Below the pieces are notes generated by a model that ran no database searches, was not told the origin of the DNA, and worked only from the letters and a program-made list of their open reading frames with translations. DNA of 63,501 bases, filler included, from Cercozoa sp. M6MM (Eukaryota > Protista > Endomyxa: Ascetosporea), in NCBI GenBank assembly GCA_040357565.1. It is 10 parts of 10 records of this genome, joined end to end, with 100 filler letters (N's around TTAATTAATTAA, not from the genome) between each part and the next. Parts side by side here need not be neighbours in the genome. Positions count along the whole stretch, not along the records: positions 35,912 to 41,046 come from JBDODJ010000970.1; positions 41,147 to 46,389 come from JBDODJ010000938.1; positions 46,490 to 52,450 come from JBDODJ010000820.1; 7 more parts are not named here. One strand, 5' to 3'. Of the stretch, positions 39,375-51,303 are shown piece after piece. Position numbers and translations under genes: made by a program. Position 1 is the stretch's first letter, and each line of letters begins with the position of its first letter.

Positions 39375-40990
39375 CACGCACACACACACCAACAGAGCTG
39401 TCGTCAGAGTCCGAGAAAAGCGGGCACTGCACACTCGCAGGTCCGTCCCCATCGCAGGAGGCGTCTTCCGCTCTCTGTTCCACAGCACACTCGCCATCAC
39501 ATGCACACACAACACAAACGAGCAGGTGTAGACACGTAATCTACCTGCAGGGAGGGAAAGGGCACCACGTCGACCCCGTCTGTACCATCAACCACACCAA
39601 CATAAGCGTCGGAGATACAGCAAAGTGCTCAGCAACGCATGGAAAATCTGAACGCACCGCGACGGCGACGAGTGCGACCTTCGTTCGGCGTGAGGTTCTC
39701 GTTTTCGTCGACGACGACAGCGTCGCCAAAGAGCTGCCACAGCGGCACTTTCTCTGAGCAGCCACGGCATCAGGATTTTGGTTCAGTTACGTGCACACAG
39801 AGAGAGACACAAGTTAGTGGATTGGCTGAGAGAGTGCGCGGACTTACTGGGCTGGCAGTTGTCCGTGCTGGAGACACTTCTGAATGTGGACATGTGGCAA
39901 GCGAGAGAATGGAATAGACAGTCAGTAGTGAGTACAACACACTCCACTTGGTCAGGCACAAGGCTTCGTGGATATTTGAGCTAGTCAAACTTACCGGTAT
40001 GCAGACTTTGATGCAGGATCACCGTGCACGGAGTCAACTGAGGAATTACACTTACAGTATGCATGTCTGTGCAGAAAGAAGTGTGAGTCTCATCTTCATT
40101 TCTCTGTACCAGAGTTGTGCTCGCCCAGTTCCTCCAGCAGCGTGCTGCCGACCAGCGAGCGCACGTTCAGTGGCTGCGCTCACACTCGAACATGAACTCA
40201 ATAATGATCAGTCTCGGTCAACAGTCACTGCAGGATGACTACATTGTTCGTGCTGTTGTTGTGGTAGCCGGTCAACTGGGACTCTTCCTTGGCTGTACTC
40301 ACACGTTCCAATACTCCACACGTACCAACACTTGCGAGCACAGGTAGCTTGTGTGTGTGTGTGTGCGTGTGTTTGTAGGCAGCAGCAAGTACTCGGAAGA
40401 AAGGGCGGCACAGAGGGCTCAGATTGCAGCACCGTAGGCTGCAGTGCTGCCACAGGTTGTTCCTATAGGAAGAATAGTGAAGGCAAGCACCCACTCAGTA
40501 GAGAAAGAGAACTACCACTAGTCGCAACAACTGGTGCGCCATCTGACGTATGCGCACCTGCTCCACTACTTGGATCGGGTCTGCAACAGCAGCCACAAGT
40601 GCATCGAACATGAGAGATTCACATAAAACACAACACAGCACAACACAATACACAGAGACAAGCTGCACATACACGCGCACACACACACGCACACATACGC
40701 ACACACACACGCACACATACGCACACACACACACAGCCAGAGGTGAGAGTGGGAAACAGACCCAATGGTGGCGTTGTCGGCGAAGCAAATCGCTCCGCGC
40801 ACAGCTGCTGCACGGCGTCGACTGCCACGGCCAGACGGTCTCGCGATCGTCCCGCGCACACAGCGAACACAATGCAAGACAGAAACGTTGTACATTGGAC
40901 ATGCATATCGATGCAACGACAGGAGACAGCGGGCAGAAAATTCAACCTAAGCTACCTTGAGTGTACGTTTCGGTCATCTCCCATGGGTAT
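38955..40990 (-). CDS. Hypothetical multi-exon protein, 3' part
   Basis: A series of GT-AG-bounded segments on the minus strand with (TG)n introns. No family recognised. Confidence 0.4.
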
Positions 40991-41146
40991 GGAGAGTCCT
41001 ACAGTTGCATCCGAAGACACCAATCAAAGTTAACACACACACACACNNNNNNNNNNNNNNNNNNNNNNNNNNNNNNNNNNNNNNNNNNNNTTAATTAATT
41101 AANNNNNNNNNNNNNNNNNNNNNNNNNNNNNNNNNNNNNNNNNNNN

Positions 41147-41196
<50 letters not shown>

Positions 41197-41228
41197 GTTG
41201 TGTGTAATGTTTGTTCTCACTATGCAGA

Positions 41229-41334
41229 GTTGCACTACCAGATGGACCTGCAACGAAAGGACCCGGAGGCGTTCCGCAAGCTGCTCGAACGGAACGGACA
41301 AAAGTACGATCCAAACTACCGACGTGGCACTTGA
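41229..41334 (+). CDS. Terminal exon of an unknown gene (ELHYQMDLQRKDPEAFRKLLERNGQKYDPNYRRGT*)
   Basis: An acceptor follows a (TG)n intron, the codons are GC3-rich, and the stop is at 41334. Confidence 0.5.
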
Positions 41335-41452
41335 TGGCCTGTTGTCGCGCCCAACGCACGGCAAGCCGGCGACGGAAGCAACCAGCATTTGCGTTGTAGC
41401 CCGCACCTGCCAGGTTCGAAAGTTAAACTCCGCTCCGACTAATAGCTGCATC

Positions 41453-41484
41453 CATAGTTGATTTCCTAGAAGACTCAACTAACT
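41453..41484 (+). mobile_element. Severely 5'-truncated retroposon, copy 2
   Basis: CATAGTTGATTTCCTAGAAGACTCAACTAACT, flanked by TAGCTGCA (41443) and TAGCTACA (41484). Confidence 0.65.
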
Positions 41485-41507
41485 AGCTACAGTGCAGCAC
41501 GCAGCAG

Positions 41508-42542
41508 TCAGAGCGACATCGGACCCTCAGCAGCGAGCTGTTCGTTGACGAACTGCCAGTTCACGACGCCCCACCACGACTGGATGTAGTCGGCGCGACG
41601 GTTCTGGAAGTCGAGGTAGTACGCGTGCCTGTCAAGCAAAACACAGGCTCAAATTAGAACAGACAGAAGGAGGCTCGGCAACGGAGCACAAAAGCAGCGT
41701 ACTCCCAAACGTCGCACGTGAGCAGCGGCTTGTAGCCCTCCGTGATCGGGTTGCCGGCGTCGTGCTGCAGAAACACCGCGTATCGGCAGTCACAGAGTAC
41801 GGCAGAGAAGGGTAAAAAGGACACACGGTGCCAACGACGTGCAGCTTGCCGTCCTTCTCGGCGAGCCAGGCCCAGCCGCTGCCAAAGTGGCCGCCGGCGA
41901 CCTTGTCGAACTGCTCCTTCATGGCCTCGAACGAGCCAAAGTCGCGCTGAGAACACCAAACACACACACACACAGGGAGATGCACTCACTCACTTCGCAT
42001 CGGCACTTCATATTCAAATTCATTCATGCACACATGAGAACACAGAACGCACATCGATGGCGGCGGCAATATCGCCGGTCGGGTTGCCACCAGCGTTTGG
42101 CGCCTACAATTAAATATTCGTACAGCATGATGTTGCAGATAACAAGCAGCAAGAGCGCTAGTACCATGCCACGCCAGTAGAACGTGTGGTTCCAGTGCTG
42201 CGCAGCGCAGTTGAAGATGGCGCCCGACGCCTCACGGATAAGCTCCAGCACGCTCTTGTCGGCCTGCTCGGTGCCAGCAACGAGAGCGTTCAGCTTGCGC
42301 ACGTAGCCAGCGTGGTGCTTGTCGTAGCTGAGCACATAGGTAACAGGAAAATGCCTTTACTGTGACTGTGGCAGAAAACAGCGTTATGTTCGACATACTG
42401 GAAGTTGAGCAGGTTCTCCGAGACAGCACCGATGGCCGACTTCTCCCACCTATCAATCAAGAAGGCAAAATGCCTCAACGAGCCGTGCAAAATAAACTAT
42501 GTACGGCAGAGCGGGCAGCGTGAACTTGTCAGTAGCGGACAT
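41508..42542 (-). CDS. Iron superoxide dismutase
   Basis: [69 protein letters not shown]. The AAQ and DAG signatures indicate the Fe type. Confidence 0.95.
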
Positions 42543-42962
42543 TGTGCGAATGTGTGTTGGAAAGATGAGTCTGCTCAAACGTACAGTAAAGCCAAAATGG
42601 GAGGATTTGGAATGTTGCACAACGTTCTTCTCAAAAAAGAACACAAGGAGCAGACTGCAATTTTGCAAGAAATGCAAAATCCACTCAGTAGGCACGAAGA
42701 ATACAAGAAGTACACTTACGTGAATATCACAACAGAATATAGTAGTATGAATGGAAAAACTGATGTGGCACGTCCAAATGTACCGAAAATGAACCATTGA
42801 TTAAAAGAAATACCGGAGTCACGTCGGCAGAGCTGCACGGACGTGTCCGAGGTGCGAGAAAGTGTCCAGGACTGCTTGGCAGCGACCAGTGACGTGCTGA
42901 ATCTCGCAAGCTGCTGGTGTGACGGCGAACGAAAAAAAGCAAAAGCGTTTCAGTTACCCGAA

Positions 42963-43930
42963 ATGCAAGCAGAGAAGCGCGAGGCACTTCGCAAGCTTCA
43001 AGAGGCGGCTCCCAGCACGCTTGAGTCGCGGGCTGGTTCTTTGAAGCCCCGTGAGCCCGAGGAGGTCAAGCAGATGCGTGTCCCCGGTACGCCATTATCG
43101 ACACGATTGATTGACCCGGCATGGCACATGGATCGAGCTTGCATGTGGTGTCTGTGCTGGTACAGGTGCGATGCATCACTCGGGCGAGAAGATGACCCGG
43201 GAAGAGTTGCTTGCGCGCAAGGAGGAGCTTTTGGCGCCGGCACCGAAGAAATCGTTCATCGAGCGTGTCAAGACGTTCTACAACTTCCACTTCATGAACA
43301 TGTGGGCTCCTGGCGTTTTTGGTCTCCGCGGTACCTATGTCTGACGCTCTCTGTGGTGTTGTGGCCTACAATCTGCTTTTGTGTGCTTGCGCAGGTATGT
43401 ACCATCGCAAGTGCGAGCAGCACTTCCTCGAGTTGCCGCAGTGCGTGCTCAAGAACATGAGTCACGGCGTCGACCCGCGCATCGCGTGCACGAACATCGT
43501 GGCTGATCTGCGCGAGTGTCTGCACCACGACAGGGAGGACGCCATCTTCCACCTGCGCCAAGCGCTCGAGTACTTCTCCATTGTCGACGATAACGGCAAG
43601 CGCGTGTGGCCGCTCAAGGCCGGAACTGAGCTCGACTACTCTGAGGATCTCCCAGAGGCTTACCGCTCCGTTCGCACCGAGATCCACTGTACGCTAGCTT
43701 TTCTCTTTTGTGAACATTTGTGAAGACGCTTTTTGCTCGCAGTGAACCCGGTGGGTCCTTTCGGTCTGCGCTACAAGCCGCATTGGCTGCCGTCGGACAA
43801 GGCTATGTTGAAGAATGTCAAGCCGTCCAAGGGTGCGTTGATTTTCACGTGTCGCATCTCATCCTCTGTACACCCGCTTCTTGCAGGCCAAGTGTTGCGG
43901 GACCTCGAGGCCTTCGCTGATGCACTTTAA
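42963..43930 (+). CDS. NDUFS5: NADH dehydrogenase subunit NDUFS5-like twin-CX9C protein with N- and C-terminal extensions
   Basis: GVFGLRGMYHRKCEQHFLELPQC...CTNIVADLRECLHHDRE resembles the plant/protist NDUFS5 pattern (GxG..G.C-X9-C...C-X9-CLHH.KE). Confidence 0.65.
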
Positions 43931-44012
43931 CTTTTAAATCAAGTCGTTTCCGGGGGCGCTGCGCACAATGACTAGCCGTAGGGAGCGTAGTCTGCCGTGT
44001 TTCGTTTCGTTT

Positions 44013-44259
44013 TGTTACCGCAGCCCTCTCAGATAGGGATCAGGCCTTGGTAAATTGAGGGTACTTTGCCAGTAATACAAAAAAACTAAGCGAAGGAACG
44101 TAAGAAAGTCTGCTCTTGGAGGGAGAGTGGCCAAGTGTCAGCTTGAAAGAGTGAGTTACCCAACAGTACAGTTGGGCGGCAAGCACTGGTGGACGGGAAA
44201 GGCACCCGTCAGCTGTTTATCGCAAGGCCTGATCCCTATCTGAGAGGGCTGCGGTAACA
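44013..44259. mobile_element. MITE with a perfect 37-bp inverted repeat; probably Tc1/mariner-derived (TA TSD)
   Basis: 44013-44049 TGTTACCGCAGCCCTCTCAGATAGGGATCAGGCCTTG is the exact reverse complement of 44223-44259. No internal ORF. Confidence 0.75.
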
Positions 44260-44470
44260 CACGTACTTCGCTTGTGCCCAATGAGCTTGATTATGTCAGT
44301 TCGGTTACCGACCGCGACCGGTACCTGACTACGCTAAGCCACGCGACGGTACCTGGGTACCGTACGGTAAGATACGACGGACTCAGCCGTATCCGCCGGC
44401 GATAGGTAGTGTTGTACAGCCGGACGCGCGTGGGGCGACACTGGTTGCAGGATCTGGAAGTACAGAAAGT

Positions 44471-44673
44471 CCCGGATTGACGGGGCGCTTTTTCTTTGGT
44501 CTTGTACGGGGAAAATACCCTATCGTCAAAAAAGTGAAAACCTTCCAGGGGATACAGTAACTATCTAAACATACCAGACACCCAAGGACGAATAATAAGG
44601 TCCATCAAGGAAACTTAGGAAGCCCCACAACGCCTAACGGTTGGATTTTTCAAAAACGCCCCGCCAATCCGGG
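44471..44673. mobile_element. Second MITE-like element with imperfect 22-bp TIRs
   Basis: CCCGGATTGACGGGGCGCTTTT (44471) versus AAAAACGCCCCGCCAATCCGGG (44652-44673), with 2 mismatches. Confidence 0.5.
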
Positions 44674-44798
44674 GCCTAAATTTACCCGCAAACTGCAAAC
44701 GGTTCGCACGTGGAGGCTGTTTTACTGAAGTTATCGCACGGAGACGTCGCTTCCTAGACGTGGAAAGCCAGATTCCGCTGCTTTATTGTAATAAATTC

Positions 44799-46389
44799 CT
44801 AGTAATTGAAGGACCGAAAGCTCGCACTGCCATGGCGCCTTGCAGCGTGTGAAGCGCGTGCACGTCTCGCAGAGTGGCAGTAGGAAGCGGGTGACTCTGC
44901 TCCGGCGTTCGATATCCACGGTTGTTTCAAGCGTAGCTTCACTACAGCAGGTGAGCGTTCGAACCTGGATAGCCTTTCCGATTCATCGTAGTGTCGGTCT
45001 GACAGCAGCGTTGGATGAGCGCTTTGAGGTCTCAGGTGCACGCGACGTAACTTTGGGTCTCGCCCTCTGTTGAGCTGTGTGCCAGTAGTGGAGTCACACA
45101 GCTTGTACGGGCTTTTGTGAGACAATGACGATGAACTGCTCGCTCGGACAAGTCGGGCAGAATGCGGACGATTAGTGGAACGGTCTTGCGGAGTGGCTTG
45201 CAACGAAACGCAGGAGCGTGCGCGCTTCAGCTCGGGAGTAGCACCGTTTGTCTTTGAAGGCACCTATCGGAGCACATCATTTAATGCACAATGTTCTGAT
45301 TCTATGCAAGAATGCAGTACCTCTTCGGTAAGTACGAGCATGCACTGTTCCTTGAGATTGCGCAGAGGTCCTTTGTTGATTTGCGCTGCCTCTCCTTTTG
45401 TTTTCGCTTGGATCATCAGTTCATACCTCCTCCTCGCTACTTTGCTGATGTGCAAAAAGGGGTCTGCTGTTGAGTCGCACTTCGCGATCATTTCATCGAG
45501 CCGTCTGACGATGCACTTTGCGTCCGGTCGAAGCGAAGGATCGCGATTGAGCATTCGTCGCACCAGCGCAACAAACTCGTTAGGATACATTTCGAGAGTG
45601 CTCGATTGCAGAGGTGGGGTTTGTCGGTTGAAATCGCAGACGATGCGCTTCAGCTCTCCTAGGCTGGGGGCTCGGAAAGGCAGCTCAAGCGTAAGCATGC
45701 TGTGAAAAACGCAACCCAGTGCCCAGATGTCGCGAGCTCCATGTTCAAACGAACAATGACTGTAGCGTTCATTCTCCGCAGACCGCTCGCCAATTACGGC
45801 ATTGTTGCGAGCAGTAAATGAGGAACCCCGATACAACGAGCTGGTAGGATTCAACCCATAGCTGTGGTTTCGCGAGCTGTGTTGTCGCCGGGATTTCTCG
45901 TAGCCACGTAGTCTGTCTTTGAAATCAGGATCCAAGACCTCTGGTGCGAGAAACTACAAGAACTGCAGACACGGAGATTTTGTTGTTATTAAAGCAGCAG
46001 CCTACCAGGGGCGTTCCTGCGGCTTTTCGTTTCTTCTTGTGTTCTCCGAGAGTCGTCGAACTACCCGTGCGTGATAGTGTAGGCTCTTCATGTGCTGGAA
46101 ACGCAGCAACTCCAAAATCGCACAACGCAAGACGGGTTAGGGATCGAGACAGCAGCAGATTCGCAGGTTTGATGTCGCGGTGCACGATTCCGTGGGCATG
46201 GACATGAGACAGTGCGTTGGCAGCGTCCCGGGCTAAAATGCGACACCTTCAGTTCATACACTTTGACGGGACGGAAAGGCGGTGTATTTAAATTACCAAA
46301 GTTCAGCATCGCCAACTTCTTCAATCTTCGCCCGCGCAGTCGCGCAAAATCGATGAGGTGGCGAAGATCTCCTCCGTTGGCATGCTCAA
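44799..46389 (-). CDS. Ser/Thr protein kinase, NEK-like, 5'-truncated
   Basis: GGDL, IVHRDIKPANLLL, LCDFG, GTPL|FLAPE, DIWALGCVFHSMLTLELPF, MLNRDPSLRP. Confidence 0.85.
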
Positions 46390-47469
46390 NNNNNNNNNNN
46401 NNNNNNNNNNNNNNNNNNNNNNNNNNNNNNNNNTTAATTAATTAANNNNNNNNNNNNNNNNNNNNNNNNNNNNNNNNNNNNNNNNNNNNCTTTACCCCCC
46501 TGTACCCCCTGTGACAGGCGTAGCCACGACGCGTCATCCGGACACGCCGAACCGTCTGTTGTACGTGGCGCCGTGAGTGTTCGAGTACTAGGCCGTGTGC
46601 ACAAGACACAGCACCGGCACTGTAGCATGTTGAGACAGCATGTTGAGACCCAAACCGGGCACTGTCTGGGTCAGAATCAAATCGCCATTTGCACAGAAAC
46701 GCTCATTTAGCGGAGGTTTTATCTGAAATTAACATTGCTAAACAGGCATTTCAGCCTCACAGAGCTTCTGATTTGTCAGTGTTTAGATCGCCCGGCTTTA
46801 TTACAGCCGAGCAAGTGACCTGCCTTCACGGTCCTTGCAATAGATTTCTTCCGGAAAAAGCCGTTGGACAAACTGCTGGGTGCGCTTTCAATCCGTCATC
46901 AGCACTCAGTTTCAGTAGCTGTCGCTCCCAGGCGCAGCTGACGCACTCAGTGCATTTCTTTTACGAAGCATGTCCAAACGGTATTTTGCATTTAGCAAAA
47001 AACCAACACATTATTCTCTTGCCTGACAGATTCCGATTCCTGAGTGCTCGCAGTGCTGCCAGTGCAAGTTGCAACTGCGCGTGCGTTCTTCTGGGGCACC
47101 GAAACAACGAAGAAAGGAGAGGCTGAGTTTTTGCTTTGGCTATGCTTGGAGCTGAACAAGCCGAAAGCACAGCCCTTGGTGGACATTGTATGCTCGCATG
47201 CTCCAAAACGGTTTTGCAACGAACAAACACAGTCTCGTGGAGGTTATTTACGTACTTCTCTACAGACACATAAAACTGCTAAACTGAAGGGTAGCGTAAA
47301 TCCGACCCAGAACAGAAGCACGTGTGTGTGCTTAGTGCACGGACGCATTGGGCAGCAGCATGAGCTAGCAGTGGTGCAAAAGGAGTTTTTCTTTTTGTTT
47401 TTGTTTGTAGCCATTATTTACAAAGCGACAAAGACACTGTTCCCGGAGTGCCCCGCGAGAGTGCATCGC

Positions 47470-49221
47470 TCAGTGAGTAAAGAGCGAGGATGACAGGTGG
47501 CCGTGCTGATGAGGGTAGGAACTACTGCCAGGCAGGCCCGTGATGCTGGCCGTCGTGCTGTCGCCGCGAAACGGCTGCTGCTGCAGTTTGGCGCCGCGCG
47601 TGTGACGCCGTGGCCGCAGTGAGCGCGCAGACGGTTCGATCGGCGGCGTCGCTTCGTCCTCAGTGTCCAACATTGGCATTTGTTGCGACTCGCGATCGGC
47701 CAGTTTTTGCTGCTGCTTGGACTGCGAGTTAGCGAGTGCTCGACGCACCTTGGCGACCTACGGGTTAGTTAAAGTGCAATAAAGTGAGTCAGAGTGCTAG
47801 ATAAGAAGGAAGTACCTGCCAGTCAAAAAGCAGGCGGTATTGCCGCAGAGGGTCCGTGGGTTTGAGTGCGTTCACGACACGCTGCAGCAGTGCGCGGCAG
47901 AAGGCGTAGTCAGGCGTCTCGGCGTACTTGAGTTGGCGCACATATTTGAGGTACTGCACGAACTCGACCGGCATGTGCACAAAGAGTTCATGTGGCTGCG
48001 TCTGCTCTTTTTTCTCGTGGATCTTGCGGTACTTGGTCATCTTGTCGGCGATCGGGAAGCCCATCCACGGCAGCTGGCCGAACAGGAGGTAGGACAGCAG
48101 GTAGCCCACGGCCTCCAGGTCGTCGCGACGCGACTGAGCCACGCCCCTGTGCGTGTTGATGGAGCAGTAGCGGGCCGTGCCCACCAGCCCGTGTCCTGTG
48201 TGCATAGTTTGATAGCTAGATAGGTAGAGAGGTAGGTAGATAAGGTAGTTAGATAGGTAGGGAGGATGGTAGGGAGAATGGTAGGTAGATAGGTAGAGTG
48301 AGTAGATAGATAGGTAGATAGATAGAGAGATAGGTAGGTAGGTAGAGTAGACAGACAGAAGTGTACCCTCAGTGCGAGGAGCGTGATCATTGGGACCCTT
48401 GCGATACTGCTTGGCGAGTCCAAAGTCGATGATGTAGAGACGCGAGCCACTGCCGCGATCAGTGAGGAAATTGTCCGGCTTAATGTCGCGGTGTAGCCAG
48501 TTTATCGAGTGGAATGTCTCCAACAAGTTCACCTGTCAAGAGGGGGGGGGGGTATACTAGACCCATAAAGTCACAAAAAGGAAGAGTCATGTCGTGTACC
48601 AAGTTGATGCCGATATTGGCAACAGTGCCCACGGAGAGACGACGCTGCTGACTCTCGAGTCGCTCCTCGAGTGAGTCGCCCAACTGGTCCAGCACCATGA
48701 CCGAGTAGTCCATGTCCTGGAAGCGAATGTCGCCCGTCCAGTGCAGTCGCGGCGCTGCCTCGGAGCGATGCGTGCCATTGGTGTTGCGACTGCGCTGCAA
48801 CTCGCACAGCGCACCGTAGATCTGCGACTCCTTGGCCACGTTGGCCGCGTTCAAGTGGTGCGGTTGCTACGCACACACACAGAGTAACAACCTCTCTGGT
48901 CGGGCAGACCAAAACGAGTCATACCAGTTTGACTGCCACCTTCTCCCAGGTCAGTTGGTCACGTGCCGAGTACACCAGTCCGAAACTGCCCTGATTGATC
49001 TGCTTGCGAATCCGGTACCGATTATTGAGGATTAGGCCGCGTATCTCGTCGGGATTTGGTGCCCACCCACTCCTGCACACGCTTATCTTACATACAGGAT
49101 ACTGGTATCAGGTCAACAGAAGCTGGAGTGGCTACTTTTTGGCCGAAGGGATGCTCTTGCGACGGTGCAACGCTGCGGCACGTCGCTCCGCCTTCAGTCG
49201 GTCGGTATCTCGATCCGCCAT
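47470..49221 (-). CDS. Casein kinase 1 family protein
   Basis: GSFGLVY, VAVKL, LGDSLE, HRDIKPDNFL, IIDFGLAKQY, LVGTARYCSINTH, QSRRDDLEA, LPWMG, ETPDY, FDW. Confidence 0.93.
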
Positions 49222-49630
49222 GGCACTGCTTCTTTCACAGGATTCGATCTACGCGAACAAGCACTCGTCAGAGGTGTCACTTGGACGATAACACAACGAT
49301 GCGATCGCATCGCTTTACCTCGAATGAAAGCCTCCTACCTCAGTTTCGTTCACCAATCGTCGCTCACAGCGCACTCGCAGCACTGAACAGTGGCAGCACA
49401 CAGATCTACTCGTACGATCATTGATCGAGTTGGGAAACGCGGGCGAAACTCTACCACGAACTACCGCGATACAGCGCCGTGTCCACGCGGTTTAAAACTT
49501 CAATTCACTCGGAAGCCGACCGAAGCGTTTTTCCAACTGCTGAGTGAACTGACTTGAACTTAATGGTTACTTTAGTTTACGGTGCTAGATTTACTGTCGC
49601 TTCGATTTATGGCAGCTGATCAAGCATAGT

Positions 49631-51303
49631 TTATCCCTCGAGCTCTTCTTCGGCTTCTGCCGGAACCTCGCCGGCTGGAATTTTCGAGTACGCGAGAATC
49701 TGAGCCTTCTGGCACAGGAACTCGAACGTCTTGTCATCGTTCATGTCGACAGGAAAGCCTTCCGCGTCGTCAATGAAGTACCACGAGTCGGGCGAGTCGG
49801 CAGGTCTGTCCGCGCGGTTCACTATTCCAGATGGCGTAGCTCATGGGGAATGGCGGATTTCCTCCAAAGCAAGTGTACCAAGGGTGACCCAGTGCAGACC
49901 CTGTTGAGCCCGGACATGCACGAGCGCAGCTCGAAGCTCATAGTACTTTGGTGTATGTTCCTCAAGCCGCCTCCCCGTTTCGTCTGAAAAGACTTGAGTC
50001 AGCAGGGCAGTTTGAAACAAGCGAACTGATTAGTTTACCCAGAATAAGATCAAGTAGTTCTCCAAATCGTTGTTCTTGCGGAAAAAGCGTATCGTAGGTG
50101 ACCTTGAGGAGTTTGCCTACATCAAAACTCAGCGGAATCTCCAGTCGCTGATTCGACTGTCGTGACACATTGACAATGAGAGTCTCCGGTAATGGTGGCA
50201 GCAACAGGGTCGAGTAGGCACTCAATTTGGCATCGTGGGCCTTCATCTTTCGCAGCAACTCATCGATCACCACGGCATTCACTTTTTCCTGCTCAAAATA
50301 AATTGAGAGAGGTGTTTTTGTTTGGCTCAGTTCATGTTGAATTCAAACGCACCTCGCCAGTGTGATGGAAGAGACAGTGGACTGTGCTTTCGGCGAGGTG
50401 ATTAAAAGCGTCTAACAGTGTCGGTGCCTCGGCTTTGTATGGTAGTGTCACAACGGGCGTCTACGAGTACAGCTCAGTTATTGCAGTCAAATCGTTTAAA
50501 CCAAGTTTACAGAAATAGGTACCAATCTCGTCAGTGGTGAGCGATCAAACAATCCTGCCAGTTCGGAGCCGGTGTCTCCGGGCTGGAATGCCAATTCCGA
50601 CAACGAGACTAGCTTGGATAGGAACTCGGCTGGGTCGGAGCTTCTACCTGGAGTAAAACCTTGCAGACCCAGTTTCCACACGGTTTCCCGCAATCCGCGC
50701 GGATTGAACGGGGCCAACTCTAGCTCTGGAGTTTCCAACTGAGTGATCGTGCGATTCAGCGCCACAAAAAACTCGAGCAACGTATTCGAATGCCGCGGCG
50801 CAACCTGAGGCGCAACGGCACATTGCTGCACCGTTCCACGCAGCTCTGGAGTCGCGGCAATCGCTTGCACCAGCGAAAGCAACCAACTGGTTTGAATTCC
50901 GTTTATTCCAGTTGGATAAAACAAAGCGAAAATGACCGAACTGGACTCACCATGAATTCTCTTCGTTTTCAAGTCCGCGCGTGCTCGAACCTTCCAGAGT
51001 GGGAACGGCATCTGAAAGTACCGGTGGAGGTTTAAAAACCTCAATCCGACAAGCCACGGGCGCACTGGTACTTGTAGGTCGACTCGACCATGAGCCGAAA
51101 CCACTTCGAAAACCTGGAGAACCGGTCGAGGGACGGGTACGACCAGCCGTTTGTGCTTGCACGGAACCCGGAGGGTAGTGGAAGGCAGGTAATCCGAACG
51201 ACGGTCGCCCGTCATCCGGACCAGTCGGGCGGGAAGCCGAAGGCGGTCTGGCGCCATCGGCCCACACACAAAGCAGCACGAATGTCGACACCAGCGACCA
51301 CAT
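49631..51303 (-). CDS. Divergent ubiquitin-specific protease (C19) with an N-terminal signal-peptide-like segment
   Basis: Removing intron 50887-50950 gives the Cys box RGLENEENSCWLLSLVQAI. Also SSDPAEFL, LPETLIVNVSR, the His box YELRAALVHV..QGLHWVT, WYFIDD and AQILAY. Confidence 0.75.
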
